Shown here: piece by piece, positions 7,897 through 15,463 of the stretch
How positions within the stretch are numbered: position 1 is the stretch's first letter
Layout of the letters: the number at the start of each line of letters is the position of its first letter
Translations under genes and position numbers: made by a program
Source of the DNA: Candidatus Hodarchaeota archaeon
Lineage (GTDB): Archaea > Asgardarchaeota > Lokiarchaeia > Sigyniarchaeales > SOKP01
Reading direction: 5' to 3'
DNA: 19,080 bases
Assembly (NCBI GenBank): GCA_048887225.1
Contig: JBHLJY010000034.1
Coordinates: forward strand, 1 to 19,080
The notes under the pieces: model-generated
Told to the model about the DNA's origin: nothing
Databases searched by the model: none
The model's input: only the letters and a program-made list of their open reading frames with translations

Positions 7897-8879
7897 TCTC
7901 CAAACTCCCTTACGAAATTACAATAGCTACATAATTCATATTTACCACTTGGATATCCACATTTTTGACAAAATTTACGAGGTATTCGTTCATAATGATC
8001 ATATAATATCTCGGATAATTCCAAAAAACAATTAAGCAAATTAAATTCTATTTCTGGACTATATTTTTTACACTCTTGAATAAAACCTAATACTCGCTTT
8101 CTTAGAATTGGATCTTTTTCTCTATACGGACAATGAGAGGCGTAATAATTGAATTTCTTAATATTTGCGTATAAAAATATTTCCTCTTCGGGTATCTTAA
8201 TTAACGGCATCACCTTTCTGATAAAAAATCGAGAGAGCTTTGGTTTTTCTTGCTTGAAAAAATATTGATTTGATATTAAGTTCAACCTTTTGTGTAGAAT
8301 ATTCATAAGATATGTTTCTGCGATATCGGTTAGGTTGTGACCCATCGCTAATACAGTTCCTCCCAATTCTTTTGCGCTGTCATTTAATAATCTTCTCCTA
8401 ATTATTGCACAATAGTTACAAGCGTATTTATATTCAGATGATTTTTTTTTAATATCTATAATATCATCTAAAGTTTTCCCAATTTTTTCTTTAAAGGTAA
8501 TAACTTCGTATTCAACGTCAAATTTTTTACAGAAACTTGCGGCCTTTTTGACGCTATTTTCTCTATAATCCTTAATTCCTTCATCAATTATAAGAGCCAT
8601 CAATGGTTCAGAACAATAAGACTTCTCTTGAATTTTCATTAAATTATATAAGAGAGTTATTGAATCTTTTCCTCCAGATAGAGCTACAATAATTCTATCC
8701 TGAGATCTAATCATTTTATATTTAGATATCGTTTTATAAATTATTTTTTCTACACTTTTTTCAAAGCAATGAGGGCATAATTGTTCACCAGAATGTTTTC
8801 TATGAATTACAATTGAATTGGAGCAATAAATGCATTTTCCTTTCTTTAAAAAAAGATTATAATTATTAATGTTATTCAT
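7893..8879 (-). CDS. tRNA 2-thiolation protein (NcsA/TtuA/Ncs6, TIGR00269-like)
   Basis: N-terminal CIYC..CPHC, PP-loop ALSGGKDS, IDEGI..YR, ACNYCAIIRRR, GHNLTD, HCPY, C-terminal CQKCG..CSYC. Stop overlaps the convergent ATPase stop (TTAA). Confidence 0.92.
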   Translation of the reverse strand: MNNINNYNLFLKKGKCIYCSNSIVIHRKHSGEQLCPHCFEKSVEKIIYKTISKYKMIRSQDRIIVALSGGKDSITLLYNLMKIQEKSYCSEPLMALIIDEGIKDYRENSVKKAASFCKKFDVEYEVITFKEKIGKTLDDIIDIKKKSSEYKYACNYCAIIRRRLLNDSAKELGGTVLAMGHNLTDIAETYLMNILHKRLNLISNQYFFKQEKPKLSRFFIRKVMPLIKIPEEEIFLYANIKKFNYYASHCPYREKDPILRKRVLGFIQECKKYSPEIEFNLLNCFLELSEILYDHYERIPRKFCQKCGYPSGKYELCSYCNFVREFGD

Positions 8880-8916
8880 ATGTATTTAATCGTTAAAATC
8901 TAAGGATAATTAATTT

Positions 8917-10746
8917 TTAGCTTAACCAAAATGCTACATTTCCTAATTGAAGATATGATAATAAAAAATTTCCGAGAACAATAAACAATGTTATAAATCT
9001 AATCGTATTTAAAATATTTTTCTTTAATCGTTTTTTCTCGTCGTGCCAGTATTGGTATGATACTTTAATAATTGAGTTTTCTCTTAATTCCGTTTGATCA
9101 GGAAAATCAAAAGACACAGTACTTTTATATCCATCTCCAATTTTATCGATTAGATTGTAGTTTTTTTTACCCAATAGAATTTTACTTTGTTCTTCTATTT
9201 TTGATTGATTTTGCATTAAAATTTCTATTGAATCTATTTTGTCGACTCGATACTCAGATAATCCGTAAAATTTTTCTTCTTTTTTATATATAAATTTATC
9301 TTTTTTTTCTTTTTTAGATTTATACTCTTCTCCAACGCCCCAATTAACCATTTCTTTTACCATTCTGTCACCATCGAATATTGGCAGAGGAAGCATATTA
9401 AATAGAGTTACACTAAATGCTATTATCCAAAACCAGATAATTTCCCTAATTAAAAAGTCAGGAAAATTACCCCCAAGAATTTTTGCTATGATGTTATCGT
9501 TTCTAGGCATCCAATACAATTTGCTTAAAATCCCGATAAGAACACCATCAAGGTCAACATCTAAATAATACTTTTTTCCAGATTCAGAGGTCAATTTTAT
9601 CTCTTTCAAATTAAAATTAGTTAATAGCTTCTCAAGTGTATCTCCTTTTTCAACATCTATTCGCGTACCATTAATTTTTGTTATAATTAGGTCTTCTTTT
9701 AAATCTTTATTGTAATTATTTCCATCCTCTTCTTTTGAATAAATGTAAGTAATTCTTAATTTACTATTGGAGATATAATTGTATAAAATTCCTATTTTGT
9801 AACGCGGTCCTAGCTTTACTTCCTTTTCAATTGTTTTGTCTACTCTTGGCCTATATATTTTTAATGTTAATCTATCACCAGGAGAACATTTTATTTTAAT
9901 GGTTTCGTTATTTAATAGATTTTGAAGGCTATAGTATTCATCTCCGTTAATATTAATAAATCCCTCCTTTGAGTCTTTTTTTTTAAGAGCTGTAATAACA
10001 TCTCCTTTTGAGAGCCTTCCGTAATTAAATCCTCCCTCTTCTTCTTTTAATACAGTATCTACTTGAATAACTCGATCGCCATAAATTGGTGATATTAAAA
10101 ATGTGAAATTCAGCAATAACAAGAAAGCTATACCAGCTGTTATTGCATTTACAAAAGTACCAGCAGCAGCGATTCTTAAACGTGTGTTTCTATGAAATTT
10201 TGGTGAATTTAATTCTCTTTCGTCCACTTCAACAAAAGCTCCCATTCCAATTAAAAAGAATAATCCTACTCCTAAAACGCCAGTAGATTTAATATCAACT
10301 CCATCAGTATTAGCTGCTATTCCATGTGCTAATTCGTGAGTTGTCAATATAAAGAGTAATGGGATTATTAAATAGGCAAAAAGCGGGAGATCTACAGTGA
10401 CACCTGGTATCAGTGGTGTTACAGCATGTTCTAACCTTGGCTGAAATATGAGATTTATGAAATTTACGAAAAAGAAAAAAATTGCAAAAATAGTGAATGA
10501 AAACGACACAAATATTCCTATAGTCCAAAAAATTCGCCAAAACCTAGGAGCCTTTCTAGATATTTTCGATATTAAATTGTTCAATTTTTTAGTCCTCAAC
10601 ATAGCAATGAAAGGAAAGAATACGGTAATACTCTCTTTTTTATTCCGTAGGACAAAAATTAAAACTAACACAATTAGCCAAAAGATTAAGGAGATTAAGA
10701 ACCATGGATTCGTTATTACGGAAGTTATTATATCGAAAAAACTCAT
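8917..10746 (-). CDS. Site-2 protease (M50 family) with two PDZ-like domains
   Basis: HELAH zinc motif (aa 137-141), GAFVE, RIAAAGTFVN, NMLPLPIFDG (aa 450-459); soluble PDZ-like region aa ~225-405. Confidence 0.92.
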   Translation of the reverse strand: MSFFDIITSVITNPWFLISLIFWLIVLVLIFVLRNKKESITVFFPFIAMLRTKKLNNLISKISRKAPRFWRIFWTIGIFVSFSFTIFAIFFFFVNFINLIFQPRLEHAVTPLIPGVTVDLPLFAYLIIPLLFILTTHELAHGIAANTDGVDIKSTGVLGVGLFFLIGMGAFVEVDERELNSPKFHRNTRLRIAAAGTFVNAITAGIAFLLLLNFTFLISPIYGDRVIQVDTVLKEEEGGFNYGRLSKGDVITALKKKDSKEGFININGDEYYSLQNLLNNETIKIKCSPGDRLTLKIYRPRVDKTIEKEVKLGPRYKIGILYNYISNSKLRITYIYSKEEDGNNYNKDLKEDLIITKINGTRIDVEKGDTLEKLLTNFNLKEIKLTSESGKKYYLDVDLDGVLIGILSKLYWMPRNDNIIAKILGGNFPDFLIREIIWFWIIAFSVTLFNMLPLPIFDGDRMVKEMVNWGVGEEYKSKKEKKDKFIYKKEEKFYGLSEYRVDKIDSIEILMQNQSKIEEQSKILLGKKNYNLIDKIGDGYKSTVSFDFPDQTELRENSIIKVSYQYWHDEKKRLKKNILNTIRFITLFIVLGNFLLSYLQLGNVAFWLS

Positions 10747-10965
10747 TTAATTATAACTTGCAATTTTTTCTTATTCAAAATTAATTAAAAAAATTAAGGT
10801 TATTGGTTTTAAATTTTAGTAAAAGTATAAAGAACATGATATAATTTTTGTAAATGCTAAAAACTATAGTAAGATTTATGTTTTTTTACTGATTGATATT
10901 TCTTAATACTAATAAACCCATAATAATTAAAACAAGAAAAAAATTAAAAGAATAGTTTATTATTA

Positions 10966-10977
10966 TCTTATAAATAT
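10966..10977 (+). promoter_or_regulatory. Candidate TATA box for the tRNA gene
   Basis: TTATAAAT at 10968-10975, about 30-40 nt upstream of the tRNA 5' end. Confidence 0.3.
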
Positions 10978-11006
10978 TACTTAAATATCTCATAGGAATA
11001 ACTTTT

Positions 11007-11133
11007 AGCGGGGTGGGCTAGCCTGGTTTATGCCGCAGGGCTCATAACTGGTAAAACTCCGCTTAAAAATAAAAAGCCAGTTTGCTATTAAGAAACCCTG
11101 AGATCGTTCGTTCAAATCGAACCCCCGCTACCA
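11007..11133 (+). tRNA. Initiator tRNA-Met (CAT) with a 48-nt anticodon-loop intron (11047-11094 if at 37/38) and encoded CCA
   Basis: Acceptor AGCGGGG/CCCCGCT (A1-U72), D stem GGC/GCC, anticodon stem CAGGG/CCCTG (three consecutive G-C pairs), CT-CAT-A, T arm GTTCG-TTCAAAT-CGAAC, ACCA end. Confidence 0.95.
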
Positions 11134-11140
11134 TTTAAAT

Positions 11141-11157
11141 CTTTTTATATTTTTTTT
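11141..11157 (+). terminator. T-rich archaeal terminator-like tract after the tRNA
   Basis: CTTTTTATATTTTTTTT starting 8 nt downstream of the CCA end. Confidence 0.4.
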
Positions 11158-11289
11158 AAAATATTCATCTAAATTTAATCTTTAAAAATATGTTTAAAGA
11201 TATTTTTTGTTTAATAGATATTTCTATAATAAATAAAATCCAAATATTATTCGTTGAATTAGAATTAATTTTTGAGAGTTAATATTTAT

Positions 11290-12036
11290 ATGAATGAGAT
11301 ACAAAGTTTTAAGAGATTTCCTGCTATTCGTTGTTGGATAAAAAATATTATGGAGGGAATGTATTCAATCGAAAAAAAATCCCTCTATACTATTTTTGGA
11401 GATGTAAAGAGAGTTCGAATTGTGGCAACTATAATCGATAAAAGAGAGATCCTAAGTCCCCAATCAAATGACGATGACTTTCTTTTAGAAGAGGAGGATC
11501 GTTCTAATTTAAGGATTGAATTCGATTTAGATGATGGTACGGGATTAATTAGAGCTATTTTATGGAGAGCAAATCCAGATCAATTTAAAAATTATATTAA
11601 AGGAGATATTATTGATGTTATTGGTTTAATCAGAAAATGGAGAGAAGATATCCAAATATCACCTGAGATTATCAAAAAAATAAAAGATCCAAACTTTATC
11701 CTTTTAAGAGACGCAGAAATAATTAAAAAAATTAGCTCAGGAGAAATTCAAGATATTCCAGAAGATTTGGATAAACAATTTGATATCGATAAAATTTCAA
11801 GTGAAATAGACATTAATGACCTCTTTGAAGGTGAAAATTCCTTAAAAATTGATGATCTTAAAGGCGAAATTTACTCGATTGTAGAAAAACATTCAATAGA
11901 GGGAAACGGAATAAGTTTCAAAGAAATTAAAGAAATTCTACAAATTTCTGAAGATAAATTAAGAAAATATATTAGAGATTTAGAGATGGAATCGAGAATT
12001 TATCCATCAGAAAAAGATATATACCAAACATATTAA
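11290..12036 (+). CDS. RPA32/RPA2-like ssDNA-binding protein (OB fold + acidic linker + C-terminal winged helix)
   Basis: VKRVRIVATII, FDLDDGTGLIRAILW, GDIIDVIGLIR and QISPEIIKKI fit an OB fold; GISFKEIKEILQISEDKLRKYIRDLEMESRIY fits a wHTH. ATG 11290 preferred to TTG 11272. Confidence 0.8.
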   Translation: MNEIQSFKRFPAIRCWIKNIMEGMYSIEKKSLYTIFGDVKRVRIVATIIDKREILSPQSNDDDFLLEEEDRSNLRIEFDLDDGTGLIRAILWRANPDQFKNYIKGDIIDVIGLIRKWREDIQISPEIIKKIKDPNFILLRDAEIIKKISSGEIQDIPEDLDKQFDIDKISSEIDINDLFEGENSLKIDDLKGEIYSIVEKHSIEGNGISFKEIKEILQISEDKLRKYIRDLEMESRIYPSEKDIYQTY

Positions 12037-12131
12037 AAATATTTTTAAAAATTCTTCTTATAAAATTGTAAAAATATTTTTCTTAAGAATTAATATTATT
12101 TCATAAAAAAGATAAAACGATTTAGTTGAAA

Positions 12132-12545
12132 ATGGATTTATACGATTATGAAAAACTATTGGATAGGGCTTATAAGAAAATTCCTGAAGATGTGAAACGT
12201 TCTTCAAGATTTGAAATTCCTAAGGTAGAACTTCGAATTGAAAGCAAAAATACTTTTATAGTAAACTTTTCAAAAATTATAAATACACTTAATAGGGACG
12301 CACGAGACTTCCTAGGGATTTTTTTAAAAAAAGCAGGAACTATGGGAGAAATACGCGGGCAACAATTATTTTTAAAAAGTATTTATAAGGAACAAGTCTT
12401 AAATCGATTAATTGAAAACTATACTAAAAATTATGTTTTATGTGATGTTTGTAACAAGCCCGACACAGAAATTCAAAGAGAAGGTAAAAAGTTGTTTCTT
12501 AAATGTGCAGCTTGCGGTGCGAGACTAGAAATTAAAGAAAAATAA
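12132..12545 (+). CDS. eif2b: Translation initiation factor 2 subunit beta (aIF2-beta)
   Basis: YEKLLDRAY, RFEIP, TFIVNFSKI..LNRD, zinc ribbon YVLCDVCNKPDT...LKCAACGA. ATG 12132 (the ORF track starts at TTG 12126). Confidence 0.96.
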   Translation: MDLYDYEKLLDRAYKKIPEDVKRSSRFEIPKVELRIESKNTFIVNFSKIINTLNRDARDFLGIFLKKAGTMGEIRGQQLFLKSIYKEQVLNRLIENYTKNYVLCDVCNKPDTEIQREGKKLFLKCAACGARLEIKEK

Positions 12546-12581
12546 TTTTACAAATACTAAAAATAAGCTAATTTAAGTATT

Positions 12582-12878
12582 ATGAAAGTATATCTAAAGA
12601 TTCATGTCCAAAACGAAATTGAAACAGTGGCTGCTTGTGATGAGGAATTGTTGAATCAAGTATTTAAGAAAGGGAATTTAAGAATTGAAATATCAAATCA
12701 ATTCTTTGGTGGAAATTTAATAAAAATAGATGATGCGATTGATATTCTAAAACAAGCGTCTTATTTTAATATTGTAGGAAAAAAAATTATAAATAAAGCT
12801 ATTGATTGTCAGATTCTCCCCAAAGAAGGGGTTCGTTTTATTAATGGTGTTCCAATGGCAATGAAGATGATGTTTTAA
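12582..12878 (+). CDS. DUF424 family protein
   Basis: VAACDEELL, ISNQFFGG, NIVG, INGVPMA; typical archaeal neighbour of aIF2beta/NMD3. Confidence 0.9.
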   Translation: MKVYLKIHVQNEIETVAACDEELLNQVFKKGNLRIEISNQFFGGNLIKIDDAIDILKQASYFNIVGKKIINKAIDCQILPKEGVRFINGVPMAMKMMF

Positions 12879-13801
12879 TGCCAAATAGATTTTGTGCGAT
12901 TTGTGGAAAAGATCTCGATGAATTTGCACCTAATTATGGAATGTGTCTTAAGTGTTATTTGAAGGAAAATCCATTATTTAAATTGCCAATGAAATTATCA
13001 ATAAAAATTTGCCTTGACTGTGGGAATTATTCACAAAAAAAGGTCTGGATTGAACCAGAAAATAATGAGATTTTCTTTATTATTGAAGATTCAATTAGAA
13101 GATTTGTTCTAAAACCATATTTTAAAAAAAACAATATTGATTTTTCAATTTCTTTTGATCAAGAAAGTTTTGTGTATTCTTCAAAAGATTTATTGAAATC
13201 ACTTATCTCAATGGTTAGAGGAACACTCAAAAGTGATAATAGAATAACTTATCAAGAAAAAATTAATATTAATTTAAATTACGACTTATGTAAAACCTGT
13301 TTAAATTTAAGAGGAGGTACATACTTCTTATCAATTATCCAATTGCGAGTTAAAGATGAGACATATTTCGATTTAATAAAGGAAGTTTTAGACGAGATTC
13401 ATATATATGTGGAGAAATTAAACGAGAAAGATCGTAAGCAATATATTTCAAAAATCGAAGATCAGAAATTTGGTGTTGACCTTTATTTAAGCACGAATGA
13501 ATTGATGAATTATATTATAAAGTTTTTAAAACCCAATTATCATTTTATCTTGAAAAGATCTAAGAAATTGGTAGGACGCGATTCTCAAAAAGGGAGGAAT
13601 CTTTATAGATTAAAGAGTTTAATAAAATTTTTACCAATAGACAAAAAAGATGTAATTTTAATAGATAATCAAAAATATATAGTTGAGAATTTATCTAAAA
13701 ATAAAGTGCTACTTCGAAATGAACAAGGTACTAAATTAATAAAGGAATACCCTTATTTTTTTAACAATAAGATTCTAATAAAAAACAGAACGGAGGAATG
13801 A
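12878..13801 (+). CDS. nmd3: NMD3 family large-subunit biogenesis protein
   Basis: CAICG..CLKC and CLDCG..CKTC zinc sites, SIIQLR, GVDLYLS, KLVGRD..GRNLYR; TAATG overlap with the DUF424 gene. Confidence 0.9.
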   Translation: MPNRFCAICGKDLDEFAPNYGMCLKCYLKENPLFKLPMKLSIKICLDCGNYSQKKVWIEPENNEIFFIIEDSIRRFVLKPYFKKNNIDFSISFDQESFVYSSKDLLKSLISMVRGTLKSDNRITYQEKININLNYDLCKTCLNLRGGTYFLSIIQLRVKDETYFDLIKEVLDEIHIYVEKLNEKDRKQYISKIEDQKFGVDLYLSTNELMNYIIKFLKPNYHFILKRSKKLVGRDSQKGRNLYRLKSLIKFLPIDKKDVILIDNQKYIVENLSKNKVLLRNEQGTKLIKEYPYFFNNKILIKNRTEE

Positions 13802-13804
13802 TCT

Positions 13805-14647
13805 TTGGAAAATAATGATTTCAGCGTAGACGATGAGTTAGACGAAGAGTCAGAAGATGAATTAGTTGATAAGATGGATTCGAGTATAGATGATTTGGAA
13901 AAAAAGAAAATAGATTATAAGAGAATTAAAAAAATCGACCAAACAAAAAAAAGGGCAGTTATAGAATCTGTTTTTGACGAACGGACAGTTTTCCAATTAA
14001 ATAAGTTGTTAACTAATGGCCCCTTAGAAAGAATAGAAGGCGTAATTTCAGCTGGAAAAGAGGCGAATATTTATCTTGCTTATGATCAAAAAAATAATGA
14101 AGTTGCGGTAAAAATTTATAAAATTGATAGCAATACCTCAAAATGGATGCGCAATTATATTATAGGAGATCCTAGATTCAAAAAAATTCCACACAATGTT
14201 TCAAAAATTATTTATTTGTGGGCAAGTAAAGAATATAAAAATCTACAAAGAGCCTTTAAAGCCAGATTAAGCGTACCCGAACCGTTATATATTAAGAATA
14301 ATATTTTAATAATGGAATATATTGGTTTTGAGTCCATTCCTGCCCCTTTATTAAAAGATATCAAAAATCCTAAAGATCTTATTAACTTATTTAATGAAAT
14401 TTTAATGTTTATTAAAATTTTATATCAAAAAGCCAAATTAGTTCATGGAGATTTGTCAGAATTTAATATTTTATATCATAACCAAAAACCTGTTATAATA
14501 GATATCTCCCAAGCAGTTTCCATTCAACATCCTAAAGCTGAAATTTATTTAGTAAGAGATATTAAAAATATATTTAATTATTTTGAAAAAATGGGTCTAG
14601 AGATACCAGATCCTAAAAAATTCTATTACGATGTTATTAATATATAG
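13805..14647 (+). CDS. rio1: RIO1 atypical serine kinase/ATPase
   Basis: ISAGKEANIY, AVKIYK, YIIGDPRF, WASKEYKNL, LVHGDLSEFNIL, IDISQAV, HPKA. TTG start follows GGAGG at 13792-13796. Confidence 0.95.
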   Translation: MENNDFSVDDELDEESEDELVDKMDSSIDDLEKKKIDYKRIKKIDQTKKRAVIESVFDERTVFQLNKLLTNGPLERIEGVISAGKEANIYLAYDQKNNEVAVKIYKIDSNTSKWMRNYIIGDPRFKKIPHNVSKIIYLWASKEYKNLQRAFKARLSVPEPLYIKNNILIMEYIGFESIPAPLLKDIKNPKDLINLFNEILMFIKILYQKAKLVHGDLSEFNILYHNQKPVIIDISQAVSIQHPKAEIYLVRDIKNIFNYFEKMGLEIPDPKKFYYDVINI

Positions 14648-14731
14648 AATCATAATAGAAAAAATAAATAAACTTGATTCTTTAAAAACTATGAATTAAT
14701 TTTTACTTGTAAAATATAACTAGGCAGATTT

Positions 14732-15289
14732 ATGAAAATCGGGAAAAATAGGATTGCTGTTTTAATAGGGAAAAGTGGGAAAACAAAAGAAGAAATCGAA
14801 AAAAAATTAGGTGTAAAAATAGAGTTAGACAGTAAAACAGGAGATTGTGAAATAAAACCTGTAATAAATGATCCTAATTATAATCCATTAAACATTTACA
14901 CGGCTCAAAAAGTAGTTACAGCAATAAATAGAGGATTTAATCCGATTAAGGCAATGAAATTAATAGAAGATATGTATGATCTCGAAATTTTTAACCTTTT
15001 ATCAATATTAGGGAAATCAAATAAACGAATAAAAAGGATAAAAGGTCGAATAATAGGGAGAGAGGGAGAGATGCGAAAAGCAATCGAAAAATATGCAGAA
15101 TCCTTTATTTCTGTTTATGGAAAAACAGTTTCAATCATAGCTGATTACGAAAATTTACAAATTGCGAGAAGAGCAGTTAGTATGTTAATAAATGGTATAC
15201 CACATCATGTTGTAATAAAATTTCTAGAAAATAGATATACAGAGAAGAAAAAAGAGAAGTTTAGAGAGGTTTACAAACCTGAATTTTAA
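14732..15289 (+). CDS. Dim2/Pno1/Krr1-like KH-domain pre-rRNA processing protein
   Basis: RIAVLIGKSGKTKEEIE, AINRGFNP..AMKL, RIKGRIIGREG, ISVYGKTVSII, ML.NG.PH; directly follows RIO1 as usual in archaea. Confidence 0.93.
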   Translation: MKIGKNRIAVLIGKSGKTKEEIEKKLGVKIELDSKTGDCEIKPVINDPNYNPLNIYTAQKVVTAINRGFNPIKAMKLIEDMYDLEIFNLLSILGKSNKRIKRIKGRIIGREGEMRKAIEKYAESFISVYGKTVSIIADYENLQIARRAVSMLINGIPHHVVIKFLENRYTEKKKEKFREVYKPEF

Positions 15290-15463
15290 ATTTTATTTCT
15301 TAAAATATTGATAATAAATAGTTGATTATATTTTTCCCTTTTACGAATATCAAGGGGAATATCATAACTTTTATAGCCCATCCATCAAAAGAAAATTCAC
15401 ATTTTACTGAAAATGAATTTCTAAATTGGATTATAAAAACTCCACAGAAAGGTTGCAATTAGG

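Noticed and set aside
11095-11133. tRNA 3' end as attachment site of the putative element at 16.6-17.8 kb
   Set aside because: No duplicate of the tRNA 3' sequence was seen elsewhere in the window, and the intervening genes are core housekeeping.
12033-12081. Repeated palindrome AAAAATATTTTT upstream of aIF2beta
   Set aside because: Pure A/T and low-information in very AT-rich intergenic DNA; cannot be distinguished from chance.
9072-12929. Short ORFs 9072-9293, 10310-10540, 10448-10750 and 12747-12929
   Set aside because: They overlap well-supported genes and show no motifs.
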